Assembly: GCA_964410325.1 (NCBI GenBank)
Contig: CAYPFN010000009.1
Coordinates: 1,585-65,584, forward strand
Reading direction: 5' to 3'
Origin: an uncultured Azospirillaceae bacterium
GTDB taxonomy: Bacteria; Pseudomonadota; Alphaproteobacteria; RF32; CAG-239
Length of the DNA: 64,000 nt
The position numbers were made by a program, and so were the translations under genes. Shown piece by piece: positions 51,867 through 61,103 of the stretch. Under the pieces are notes generated by a model. The model did no database searches, was not told where the DNA came from, and saw only the letters and a list, made by a program, of their open reading frames with translations. Numbering within the stretch: the stretch's first letter is position 1; every line of letters begins with the position of its first letter.

Positions 51867-52285
51867 TGGATGAATTTTTAGAATTTTTAGCACAAAACAA
51901 ATATATTGAGCGGGAAAATCCGCTTGATGTCAAAGATATTATAAAAGCCCAGAAAACTTTGGTGCACGACGGTTTTCCTTTTCTACCAACGGAATTTTTG
52001 GAATTTCTGCGCCATTATAACGGCATAAAAGCGCAGGATTCGGCGGTGTTAGGCATTCCACCACTTAAAAATCCTGAATTGGATATTAGAAATTTTAACC
52101 GCGAGTTCAATGCTACTCCGGAAAACGTTATTTTAGGTTATGATGATTTCAGCTTTTTAATTTATAATCATCAAAACAATGTTTATCAATTAGTTGACAA
52201 GACCGGAACAATGGTGTTAGAAGAATTCTTCGAAGGTGAACTCGGATATGCCCTGAATATGGTTTTACATATTGATGAAGAATAA
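51863..52285 (+). CDS. SMI1/KNR4 (SUKH) immunity-type protein, YrhA-like
   Basis: LPTEFLEFLRHYNG, VILGYDD..FLIYN....YQLVD; ATGA overlap with the upstream gene. Confidence 0.75.
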   Translation: MMDEFLEFLAQNKYIERENPLDVKDIIKAQKTLVHDGFPFLPTEFLEFLRHYNGIKAQDSAVLGIPPLKNPELDIRNFNREFNATPENVILGYDDFSFLIYNHQNNVYQLVDKTGTMVLEEFFEGELGYALNMVLHIDEE

Positions 52286-53225
52286 TATATATCCAGATAC
52301 AGCTGAAAATATTGCCAAAGCCGCAATAACCATTAAAAATGGTGGCTTGGTTGCTTTTCCGACTGAAACAGTTTACGGCTTAGGAGCGAATGTATATGAT
52401 GCCAAAGCCGTAGCTTCAATTTATGCCGCTAAAGGGCGTCCGGCCTTTAATCCGCTGATTTCGCATATTGCCGAAAAAGATTTTTTACGAGAATATGCAG
52501 TTGTAGATGAAAGAGTTTTAGCGCTTGCCGATAAATTCTGGCCCGGTCCGTTGACATTCGTTTTAAAGCGCATGGAAGAGAACCCCTCTTTAGATTTGGC
52601 GTGCGCCGGTTTACGAACAATAACGGTCAGAATGCCGGCTCATCATACGGCGCTGGCTTTGATAAAAAAATCCGGCGTACCGATTGTTGCGCCTTCAGCC
52701 AACCGCTCGCAGACAATCAGCCCGACTTCGGCAGCTCATGTGGCTGACAGCCTGGGCGATAAAGTGGATGTAATTTTAGATGGCGGTTCCTGCCGGGTAG
52801 GGGTAGAATCTACCATTATAGATTTAACAGGTGAAAATGTTGTGTTGTTGCGCGCTGGTGGTGTGGCTTTAGAGGATTTAGAACAGTTTTTGGGTCAAAA
52901 AGTGTTAGTTTCGCACGGTAATCCGGATATGCCGTCTTCTCCCGGACAAATGCTTAAGCACTATGCGCCAAGTCATGCTTTTCGGATTAATGCCTTAAGC
53001 CGTGAATCGGGAGAGTTTTTTATCGGTTTCGGCGCCGTGGCGGATTGCGATTTGAATTTGAGTCCTGAAGGCGATTTATGCGAAGCGGCGGCTAATTTGT
53101 TTGCGTATATGCGTTTAGCCGATTCCCAGGAAAAATATTCAAAAATTGCCATGTCGCCTATTCCGTCAGAGGGGCTTGGCTTGGCGATTAATGACCGTAT
53201 CAAGCGGGCTGCTTATAAAAAATAG
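52275..53225 (+). CDS. sua5: Threonylcarbamoyl-AMP synthase Sua5/TsaC
   Basis: AFPTETVYGLG, KGRP.FNPLI, APSAN, SPGQMLKHYAP. Confidence 0.95.
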   Translation: MKNNIYPDTAENIAKAAITIKNGGLVAFPTETVYGLGANVYDAKAVASIYAAKGRPAFNPLISHIAEKDFLREYAVVDERVLALADKFWPGPLTFVLKRMEENPSLDLACAGLRTITVRMPAHHTALALIKKSGVPIVAPSANRSQTISPTSAAHVADSLGDKVDVILDGGSCRVGVESTIIDLTGENVVLLRAGGVALEDLEQFLGQKVLVSHGNPDMPSSPGQMLKHYAPSHAFRINALSRESGEFFIGFGAVADCDLNLSPEGDLCEAAANLFAYMRLADSQEKYSKIAMSPIPSEGLGLAINDRIKRAAYKK

Positions 53226-53283
53226 TCTAACATTGACTTTTTAATTTTAAGGGCTAGGATCCTTTCCTAATCATTATTAACAT

Positions 53284-53454
53284 AAGCAAGGTGTTTACGG
53301 TCTGGATTTGTAGATGTGGTTTTCAAAAAGGAAAACCTTGTGTACATGCGTAAAAGAATGCGACTACGGCGGTAAATACGGAAAAAGGCTGATGAGCGCA
53401 GGGATTTTTAGCCTTAAAGCTTGTGCTAGCTGGTTTTTTCCTGCTTGCTTTTTT
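53284..53454 (+). ncRNA. Candidate structured RNA in the hydrogenase leader
   Basis: Hand-found nested helices; TTGACT-N16-TAGGAT promoter-like element upstream; U run at the end. Confidence 0.5.
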
Positions 53455-53519
53455 AAATGTATGCCGTTATAGTAAAGCGAATTTTTGTCTTAACTGTTTT
53501 TAAGAAAGGTACAGTTTTT

Positions 53520-54971
53520 ATGCTGACAGCGAAAAATAACGTTACAGCCATGCGTTTAAATGTTTTAACTAAGGTCGTCGAAAGTTTTTTACATAATTTT
53601 AAAGATATTGACACATTGCCAGAGATTTTGGCTCCCGATGACACAAAGGCGGTACGCGGTTCAAAACAAAAAGATCGGCAAATTTTAAAAGAACAAATTG
53701 TTTCGGTCTTGGGATTTACGCCAGAAAAAGAAGATTTTTCCCATCCGCTGTCAGATTTTGCCGCCCAGTCTTTGAAACGTTCGGAAGCGCCTGTGGCAAC
53801 AATTTCAGTTTTGCCGTCCGCCTGCATGGCCTGCATAAAAACTCGTTTTACGGTTACGGAAATGTGCCGTGGCTGCGTGGCACGTCCATGTGAGGTAAAC
53901 TGTCCGAAAAAAGCGATTACGGTTGAGGATAAAGCATCCATCCATCAGGAAAACTGCATAAAGTGCGGCATGTGTGCCAATGTCTGCCCTTATGGCGCTA
54001 TTAATAAAGCGCCGGTGCCCTGCGAAGATGCATGTCCAACCGGAGCTATTGCCAAAGACGAGAATGGTTTTGAACATATTGATTATAACAAATGCGTTTC
54101 CTGTGGAAAATGTTTGGTTTCTTGTCCGTTTGGCGCTATTGTTTACAATTCTCAGATTATTGATGTCCTAAATCAGGTTAAAAATTCCGCCAGGCCGGTC
54201 GTGGCAATGTTGGCGCCAGCGGTTGTTGGTCAGTTTGGCAACGATATCGGCAAAGTTATTACGGCTTTTAAACAATTAGGTTTTGCCGAAGTGGTGGAAG
54301 TCGCCGAAGGCGCCGATGTAACCACCCGTAAAGAAGCTGCTGAATTTATAGAGCGCATGAATGAAGGCAAAACTTTTATGACGACTTCCTGCTGTTCGGC
54401 ATGGTTTAAGGCCGCAGAAGTGATTGTGCCAGAATTGCAGCCTTATGTTTCCAGCACCAAGACGCCCATGTATTATATTGCTGAAATTGTTAAAAAACGT
54501 CATCCGGAATGTTTGACGGTATTTGTCGGGCCATGCCTAGCCAAACGGATTGAAGCTGAAAAAAATCCGAATGTTGATTATGTGTTGGTTTTTGAGGAAA
54601 TGCAGGCAATTTTAGCTGGCAGTGGCATCAATGTTGCCACTTGCGAAAGCACTAAATTTGAGCATACGGCTTCCGCGCAAGGGCGGCTTTATCCAGTTAC
54701 CGGAGGCGTGGCCAGTGCTGTGGCGCATCTGGTGGGCGATGACAGCCTTTGTCGCAAAGAAACAATAGACGGACTCAATAAAGAAGCTTTCCGCAAACTT
54801 AAAATGTATGCGGCCAAAAATAGCGCCGGCAATTTTAATCTTGTGGAAGTAATGTGTTGTGAAGGTGGTTGCGTTGGTGGCCCGGGCTGTATGGTCGGGG
54901 CTAAAAAATCAGCGGCTTTAGTTGATGTTTATGTTAAACAAAGTCCGGATATTAAAACATTGCAGGACTAA
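53520..54971 (+). CDS. Monomeric [FeFe]-hydrogenase with N-terminal ferredoxin clusters (group B-like)
   Basis: CxxCxxCxxxCP motifs; H-cluster motifs TSCCSAW, GPCLAKRIE, EVMCCEGGCVGGP. Confidence 0.9.
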   Translation: MLTAKNNVTAMRLNVLTKVVESFLHNFKDIDTLPEILAPDDTKAVRGSKQKDRQILKEQIVSVLGFTPEKEDFSHPLSDFAAQSLKRSEAPVATISVLPSACMACIKTRFTVTEMCRGCVARPCEVNCPKKAITVEDKASIHQENCIKCGMCANVCPYGAINKAPVPCEDACPTGAIAKDENGFEHIDYNKCVSCGKCLVSCPFGAIVYNSQIIDVLNQVKNSARPVVAMLAPAVVGQFGNDIGKVITAFKQLGFAEVVEVAEGADVTTRKEAAEFIERMNEGKTFMTTSCCSAWFKAAEVIVPELQPYVSSTKTPMYYIAEIVKKRHPECLTVFVGPCLAKRIEAEKNPNVDYVLVFEEMQAILAGSGINVATCESTKFEHTASAQGRLYPVTGGVASAVAHLVGDDSLCRKETIDGLNKEAFRKLKMYAAKNSAGNFNLVEVMCCEGGCVGGPGCMVGAKKSAALVDVYVKQSPDIKTLQD

Positions 54972-54988
54972 AATCTGGCATTTCGGAA

Positions 54989-56314
54989 ATGGAAAAAATA
55001 AGTTCGCGCAAATTGGCAGATATCTTAAATGTCGCATCAGTTCCCGAAGATGCGGAAATTTCTGGCGTTTGTACCGATAGCCGAAAATGCGGGGCAAAAG
55101 ATGTTTTTATTGCGCTCAAAGGCGAAAAATTCGATGGACATGATTTTGTGGCCGAAGTTATTGCCAAAGGTTGCCCGCTGGTTGTTGTTGAGCGTTTAAT
55201 TCCCGCTGTACCTCGGGAAAAGCAGCTCGTTGTGGAAGATACGCTTCTAGCTTATGGCAAAATCGGCGCTTATAACCGTTCTTTGTTTAAAGGGATTGTT
55301 ATCGGTCTGACCGGAAGTGCTGGTAAAACCACTGTTAAAGAAGAAATAAAATTTATCCTTTCGCATTTTGGTAAAGTTTATGCCACGCCGGGCAATCATA
55401 ATAATTTTGTCGGCGTGCCAGAAAGCCTGTGCGGACTTGATATGAATGCTGATTTTGCCGTCATTGAAATGGGTATGAGTGCCACTGGAGAGATTTCGCG
55501 TTTGACGTCATATGTGCGTCCAGATATTGCCATTGTGACCAATGTCTATCCGATGCACATTGAGTTTTTTAAAAATCTTCAGGGTATTGCTAAGGCAAAA
55601 GCTGAAATTTTTGAAGGTCTTACAGCCGGTGGTACGGCTATTATTAATGAAGATACTCATTTTGCCGATATTTTGTTGGCAAAAGCCGCAGAGGCAGGCG
55701 CAAGAGTTCTGACTTTTGGCCATGCGCATCATCCTGAAGTGGCGTTTTCTACGGCTGAAGAAGGGGAACATTATATTTATAACGCCTGGTGTGTTTTGAC
55801 GGTTGTGTCGGTGTTAGGCTTAAATGTTAATCGGGCGGCGGCTCATATCAAAGATTTTGGCGCTTTGGACGGTCGTGGCCGAAGGCATTTACTGAAGCTT
55901 CCGGATAATAAAGGTTCTTATATCTTAATTGATGACAGTTATTCTGGCCAACCAGAAGCTATGAAACTGGCGTTGCAGGCTCTGGATAAAATGCAGGTTC
56001 ACGGTCGGAAAATTGCCGTTTTAGGAAAAATGGCCGAATTAGGAGATTTTTCACGGCAGACGCATATTGAAATCGGCCGTGTTGTCGCGCAGACTTCGGT
56101 TGATATTGTTATCGGCGTATGTCCGGAAATGCAGGATATGCTGGCGCAACTGCCGCCACGGATAAAAACTTTTTATTTTGCGGACAAAACCCCGGTTTTG
56201 GCATTTTTATTAAATCAACTCTTGCAAAATGGCGATATTCTTCTTATAAAAGGAGCTAGATATTCTTCAAAATTATATCAGGTTGCGGAAGAACTGATTG
56301 AGCGGGGAAAATAA
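54989..56314 (+). CDS. murF: UDP-MurNAc-tripeptide--D-Ala-D-Ala ligase
   Basis: DSR, FDGHDF, TGSAGKTT.KE, EMGMS, MAELG. Confidence 0.93.
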   Translation: MEKISSRKLADILNVASVPEDAEISGVCTDSRKCGAKDVFIALKGEKFDGHDFVAEVIAKGCPLVVVERLIPAVPREKQLVVEDTLLAYGKIGAYNRSLFKGIVIGLTGSAGKTTVKEEIKFILSHFGKVYATPGNHNNFVGVPESLCGLDMNADFAVIEMGMSATGEISRLTSYVRPDIAIVTNVYPMHIEFFKNLQGIAKAKAEIFEGLTAGGTAIINEDTHFADILLAKAAEAGARVLTFGHAHHPEVAFSTAEEGEHYIYNAWCVLTVVSVLGLNVNRAAAHIKDFGALDGRGRRHLLKLPDNKGSYILIDDSYSGQPEAMKLALQALDKMQVHGRKIAVLGKMAELGDFSRQTHIEIGRVVAQTSVDIVIGVCPEMQDMLAQLPPRIKTFYFADKTPVLAFLLNQLLQNGDILLIKGARYSSKLYQVAEELIERGK

Positions 56315-56317
56315 AAG

Positions 56318-56815
56318 ATGAAGTGTCCGTTTTGCGGCTGTGATGATACGATTGTTAAGGATTCGCGCAATACAGATGATAATTCGGCCGTCAGACGGCG
56401 GCGCGAGTGTCCGGAATGCGGATCGCGCTTTACGACTTTTGAGCGCGTACAGTTAAGGGAACTGATTGTTATTAAGAAAAACGGTGAACGAACGTTTTTT
56501 GACCGTGATAAACTGTACCGCTCTATTGAACTGGCTGTGCGCAAACGACCTATTTCGCCAGAGCGAGTAGATAAGTTGGTCAATTATATTCAGCGACGTT
56601 TTGAAAGTTCGGGCGAAAGCGAAATTTCAACCGTGGATATTGGCGAAGCTGTTATGGATGCGCTTTCAAGGCTTGATCATATTGCTTATATTCGTTTTGC
56701 TTCGGTGTATAAAGATTTTAAAGAAATAAAAGATTTTGAAAATTTTGTGGAAACGATTGATAAACTGGCTAAGCCGGTTTTAGAAACACATGATGAAAGT
56801 AAGAAGAATGACTAA
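56318..56815 (+). CDS. nrdR: Transcriptional repressor NrdR
   Basis: [30 protein letters not shown]. Confidence 0.98.
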   Translation: MKCPFCGCDDTIVKDSRNTDDNSAVRRRRECPECGSRFTTFERVQLRELIVIKKNGERTFFDRDKLYRSIELAVRKRPISPERVDKLVNYIQRRFESSGESEISTVDIGEAVMDALSRLDHIAYIRFASVYKDFKEIKDFENFVETIDKLAKPVLETHDESKKND

Positions 56816-57296
56816 GTTTGTATCAGAAAAAATCCGCCGCAAATCCGGAGCACGTTTGGCCGCGGTTCAGGCGACTTATATGATTGCATACGGCCAGTTG
56901 CCGGTCGATGAGGTGGTTAAAGATTTTGTAGAGGGCAAAGTTGGACGTTATGTCATTGACGAGGATTCGGTTAGCGAAAGCGAAGAAATGATTGAAGTTT
57001 CACCAATTGATGCTGTTTATTTCGAAAAACTGGTCAGAGGTGTTCACACAAGAAAGCAGGATTTGGAACAGTCTTTAACGCATTATCTGAATGAAAAATG
57101 GTCGTTCGAACGGATGAACGGCACAATGCAGGCACTTTTGCTATGCGCGGTTTATGAACTGACCAGCACCATGGATATTGATACTAAAGTCCTGATTCAG
57201 GAATATGTTGATTTAGCTTATGCTTTTTTTGCTAAGAACGAACCTAAAATGGTTAATGCACTTTTGGATCAAATTGCACATGCTGTAAGGGAATAA
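56808..57296 (+). CDS. nusB: Antitermination factor NusB
   Basis: [25 protein letters not shown]. Confidence 0.9.
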   Translation: MTKFVSEKIRRKSGARLAAVQATYMIAYGQLPVDEVVKDFVEGKVGRYVIDEDSVSESEEMIEVSPIDAVYFEKLVRGVHTRKQDLEQSLTHYLNEKWSFERMNGTMQALLLCAVYELTSTMDIDTKVLIQEYVDLAYAFFAKNEPKMVNALLDQIAHAVRE

Positions 57297-57844
57297 TGGG
57301 GAAAGTCATGAGTGTTTTAAAATTATATGAATATCCTCATCCAGTGTTGCATCAAAAAGCTGAGCGGGTTTTAGAGGTCAATGATGAGTTGCGCAAGTTT
57401 TTAGATGACATGCTGGAAACAATGTATGCCGATAAAGGGGTTGGGTTGGCGGCACCGCAGGTTGGCGTGTCTAAGCGCATTATTGTGATTGATACCGAAC
57501 AGCATGACGAAGAAGGAAATTATAAACCAGGGAAGCCGATGTATTTAATTAATCCGGAAATTATTTATAAATCGGAAGAGATGATTTTGTTTTGTGAAGG
57601 CTGTCTGTCCGTACCAGGACAAAGCGCTGAGGTGGAGCGTCATCAGAAAATAAAAGTGCGTTATCTTGATTATGACGGCAAGGAATGCGAAATTGAAGCG
57701 GAAGATTACCCTGCCGTGGTTTTGCAGCACGAAATTGATCATCTGGACGGTATCCTTTATATTGACCGTTTAAGTCGTTTGAAGCGTAACATGCTTTTAA
57801 AAAAGCTTAAAAAATACCGTGCCGAACAAGAAGATGAAGAATAA
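57296..57844 (+). CDS. def: Peptide deformylase
   Basis: GVGLAAPQVG, EGCLSVP, QHEIDHLDG. Confidence 0.97.
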   Translation: MGKVMSVLKLYEYPHPVLHQKAERVLEVNDELRKFLDDMLETMYADKGVGLAAPQVGVSKRIIVIDTEQHDEEGNYKPGKPMYLINPEIIYKSEEMILFCEGCLSVPGQSAEVERHQKIKVRYLDYDGKECEIEAEDYPAVVLQHEIDHLDGILYIDRLSRLKRNMLLKKLKKYRAEQEDEE

Positions 57845-57949
57845 TATCCCAAAGTTATCCCCTTGTATAAGAATCAAAGCTTTACATTTATGAGTTTGTG
57901 CTTAATCTTATAAAAGGTAAGCTAATAAAGAATAAAAGGATATTATTAA

Positions 57950-58168
57950 ATGACACAAAATGCGCAAAATGATTTTTTAAATGATATTAAAAACAATAAA
58001 ATTGCCGTAACGGTTTTTTTAATCAATGGTGTAAAATTACAGGGCGTGATTACATGGTTTGACGATAATTCGCTCTTGTTAAGACGCGACGGGCACACCC
58101 AGCTAGTTTACAAACATGCGGTTTCAACCATTATGCCCAATACAGCCGTTGATGTTGTTGAAGAATAA
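57950..58168 (+). CDS. hfq: RNA chaperone Hfq
   Basis: [26 protein letters not shown]. Confidence 0.97.
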   Translation: MTQNAQNDFLNDIKNNKIAVTVFLINGVKLQGVITWFDDNSLLLRRDGHTQLVYKHAVSTIMPNTAVDVVEE

Positions 58169-58174
58169 TCCGAT

Positions 58175-59464
58175 TTGTTTGAATTTGAGCAAAACAAAAG
58201 GATAAAAGCCGGTATTATCTGTCCTTGCGTAATGGGCAAAAGCGGAGTCATGTCTTGGAAAAGCCGGCTGGCTGAGGCCGAAGGCTTAGCCTTAGCGATT
58301 AATCTTGATATATGCTGTAGCGAAACGCCGCGTTTAAGGGAAATTAAACCGGCAACTTTTTTTAGCCGAAGTTTTATTGAAAATTTTAAAAAGAAAATTG
58401 AAGAAGCCGGCTTGGCTCTTGTGGTGGTCGATGCCGCGCTTTCACCTGTTCAGCAGCGTAATTTGGAAATGGTGCTGAAAGTTAAAGTCATTGATAGAAC
58501 GGCGTTGATTCTGGAAATTTTTGGCGAACGAGCCAAAACCAGCGAAGGTAAATTACAGGTGGAGCTGGCTCATTTGACCTATCAGCGTTCGCGACTGGTC
58601 AGGAGTTGGACACACTTAGAACGTCAACGCGGTGGCGCAGGCTTTTTGGGCGGTCCGGGAGAAAAGCAAATTGAAATTGACCGGCGCTTAATTGATGAAA
58701 AAATCATCAAAATCAAAAAAGAGTTAGAAAAAGTTAAGAGCACCCGCGAGCTACAGCGCGGCAATCGACGCAAAGTACCATACCCGGTAGCGGCCTTGGT
58801 GGGATATACCAATGCCGGAAAATCATCATTGTTTAACCGGCTTTCCGGCAGCGCCGTAACGGCGGCGGATATGCTTTTTGCCACGCTTGATCCGACATTG
58901 CGCAAAGTCAGACTACCGTCGGGTCGGGAAATAATTATTTCGGATACAGTGGGCTTTATATCTGATTTGCCGCATGAACTGATTATGGCTTTTCGCTCTA
59001 CCTTGGAAGAAGTTTTAGAAGCTGACGTACTTATTCACGTGCGCGATATTGCAAATCCGGATACCGATTTGCAACGTCGTGATGTATTAAACGTTTTGGA
59101 GAATCTGGGTTTAAAAAACGTTGAACAAGAAGATAATTATCTTGAAGTTTTGAATAAAATTGATTTATTGCCCTCGGAAGAACAAAATATTTTGACTGGG
59201 AAACTTAAAAACCAGACAAAAGGGATTATATCCGTATCCGCTTTAACCGGGCAGGGGTGTCAGGCTTTGCTGGCGGCGCTTGACGAAAAAATATCCCGCG
59301 GTTGGAAAATTTATACCTTGTGCGTAAAAGTGGAAGACGGGCGGATGCAGGCTTGGCTCTATGAAAATTCGGAAGTCTTAGAGACAAAAGTTTCTGGCGG
59401 AAAAATTGACTTTGTCGTAAGAATGACTGATGCTAATGCCCAAAAGTTAAGCAAAATATTGTAA
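58175..59464 (+). CDS. hflX: GTPase HflX
   Basis: LVGYTNAGKS, LFATLDPT, DTVGFI, NKID; follows hfq. Confidence 0.96.
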   Translation: MFEFEQNKRIKAGIICPCVMGKSGVMSWKSRLAEAEGLALAINLDICCSETPRLREIKPATFFSRSFIENFKKKIEEAGLALVVVDAALSPVQQRNLEMVLKVKVIDRTALILEIFGERAKTSEGKLQVELAHLTYQRSRLVRSWTHLERQRGGAGFLGGPGEKQIEIDRRLIDEKIIKIKKELEKVKSTRELQRGNRRKVPYPVAALVGYTNAGKSSLFNRLSGSAVTAADMLFATLDPTLRKVRLPSGREIIISDTVGFISDLPHELIMAFRSTLEEVLEADVLIHVRDIANPDTDLQRRDVLNVLENLGLKNVEQEDNYLEVLNKIDLLPSEEQNILTGKLKNQTKGIISVSALTGQGCQALLAALDEKISRGWKIYTLCVKVEDGRMQAWLYENSEVLETKVSGGKIDFVVRMTDANAQKLSKIL

Positions 59465-59794
59465 AATAATTTGGCTTAAAAGGGCGGAACTATGAAAAAA
59501 ACGGTTTTTACTTTTGCCAGCTACGGAAATTTCTGACTGCTGGTATACTCTGGATATAGCTATAAGTAAAAGCTTGAGGCTTTTATAGGACAGCCACAAA
59601 ATGTTTTATTCAGCCAAATTTCATTCGTGGGTATTAGAAAACTATTACGACGTTGCCGGTATGCTTGTGATAAAAAGGCATGAACAGCTGGTGCTTATTT
59701 GCGCCACTAAGGTATGACGGAATGGGGAAACAGGCAGAACAAATGAATAGGGATTATAAAAATAACAGAAAAGGGCGTTTTTTTTATAATTATT

Positions 59795-59948
59795 GGCTCA
59801 ATTATGATTAGCGTATGACAACATAAATCCTTTCATATTATTAAAGTAGAATTGAGATATAAATTCTTACCAAATAATTTAGCAAGGATTTTTATCAATT
59901 TTGTTGAAATGATCTATCAATAAATCATACACAAATCATAATTGAGCC
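59795..59948. mobile_element. 154-bp MITE with 24-bp terminal inverted repeats and an 8-bp target-site duplication
   Basis: TIRs GGCTCAATTATGATT(A/T)G(C/T)GTATGA, 22/24 identical; TAATTATT directly on both flanks. Confidence 0.9.
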
Positions 59949-60004
59949 TAATTATTTTAAAATCTTTTGAATAAACCTCGAACAAAACTTTTAGAAAATA
60001 TAAC

Positions 60005-60436
60005 TTATTTTTTAATTCGTTTCGCAAACAAAAACTTATCTATACCATTAATGGTGGCGATTTTTTTATTTTGTAAAATATTCGGCAGTTCAACCGTGCA
60101 AAAAACACTGCGCGGATCCGCACCATCGACAAATGCCGTTACATTGCCACTGGCTGCGGCAATAAAGCGTCGGGATGCTTCACTCCATATGGTCATAACA
60201 TCTTCTTTATCTGAAGTTCGTAAACTTTCAATCCCTAATTCTACCAATTTAGCACCGCATTCCGTATGCTCAATCAACATATTTCCAGGATTTTTCTTAA
60301 CATAGGCAAATGCTTTTTCCCGATTAATACTTGTCGGTTGAAAGCTAATACTATATACAACTATAGAGTTTTCATTTGATGAAACATCCAGTGTGCTAGC
60401 AATTTTCATACCTTCAGATAAAAGTTCTTTATTCAT
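60005..60436 (-). CDS. Stand-alone ADP-ribosyl cyclase (CD38-like) / NAD+ glycohydrolase domain protein, 143 aa
   Basis: VVYS, LIEHTECG, WSEASRRFIAAASGNV..FVDG, SVFCTVELPN align in order with the CD38 core motifs; GGAG RBS. Confidence 0.72.
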   Translation of the reverse strand: MNKELLSEGMKIASTLDVSSNENSIVVYSISFQPTSINREKAFAYVKKNPGNMLIEHTECGAKLVELGIESLRTSDKEDVMTIWSEASRRFIAAASGNVTAFVDGADPRSVFCTVELPNILQNKKIATINGIDKFLFAKRIKK

Positions 60437-61103
60437 ATTCTTTCTCCAATGAAATACCATTTGGCAGATTTTGTAAAAGATATTTTTTTAATGTAAATTT
60501 TTCATCAATTAAAATTCCAGGCATACCAGTACTTTTAGCCGCTTCTATATTATGCGGCGTATCATCAAGCATAATGCAGTCATATACGGAAACACCGATT
60601 TTTTCTGCTAGCAGGATAAGGGATTGCGGATTTCTCTTGGGATAGAAAACGCCGTTTTGTTCAGATGATGTGATATCATAACAGCGGATGCCCGCCTTCT
60701 CAAAATCAGCAACACTTTTTCCAAAACGTTGGCGCAAAACATTATTTAAATGTTGTATATGGTTGTTAGTTAAAATAACCAATGGTTGGACTTTGGCTCG
60801 TCTGGCTAATGCCTGATATAACCCATCATCTCTTGTTATATTGCCGTAATCAATCTTTTCAAACATTTTTTTGCAGAACATGTCAAAGTCATAATTAGCG
60901 TGTTGGCAAAGAGCTTTAATATAATTAAACATTCCCAGCTGATTTTTTGCAATTGTTTCTTCAGATATTTTTGCCTGAGTAGGTCCGTCAATTTTAACAT
61001 CATAGCGATATGTTTCTTTTATGGCTGAGACAAGGCTTCCTATCGGCAATTGAGAAAACGGATACAAAACGCCGTCACAATCAATCAATAAAGTTTTAGG
61101 CAT
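60429..61103 (-). CDS. HAD phosphatase, Sdt1-like pyrimidine 5'-nucleotidase type
   Basis: DCDGVLYP (motif I), ILTN (II), PK (III), LDDTPHNIEAAK..GM (IV). Confidence 0.8.
   Translation of the reverse strand: MPKTLLIDCDGVLYPFSQLPIGSLVSAIKETYRYDVKIDGPTQAKISEETIAKNQLGMFNYIKALCQHANYDFDMFCKKMFEKIDYGNITRDDGLYQALARRAKVQPLVILTNNHIQHLNNVLRQRFGKSVADFEKAGIRCYDITSSEQNGVFYPKRNPQSLILLAEKIGVSVYDCIMLDDTPHNIEAAKSTGMPGILIDEKFTLKKYLLQNLPNGISLEKEYE

Noticed and set aside
53346-53375. MRKRMRLRR as an Arg-rich leader peptide
   Set aside because: No clear RBS and no Arg-related gene downstream; the sequence sits within predicted helices
53389-53396. CTGATGAG as a hammerhead ribozyme or fluoride riboswitch core
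   Set aside because: No correctly placed GAAA/stem II and no crcB 5' motif
48256-59948. Composite transposon bounded by the two facing IS ends
   Set aside because: No shared target duplication, the MITE has its own duplication, and the enclosed genes are mostly housekeeping
59967-60305. 112-aa plus-strand ORF as an immunity gene for the ARC protein
   Set aside because: Almost wholly antisense to the ARC gene, TTG start with no RBS
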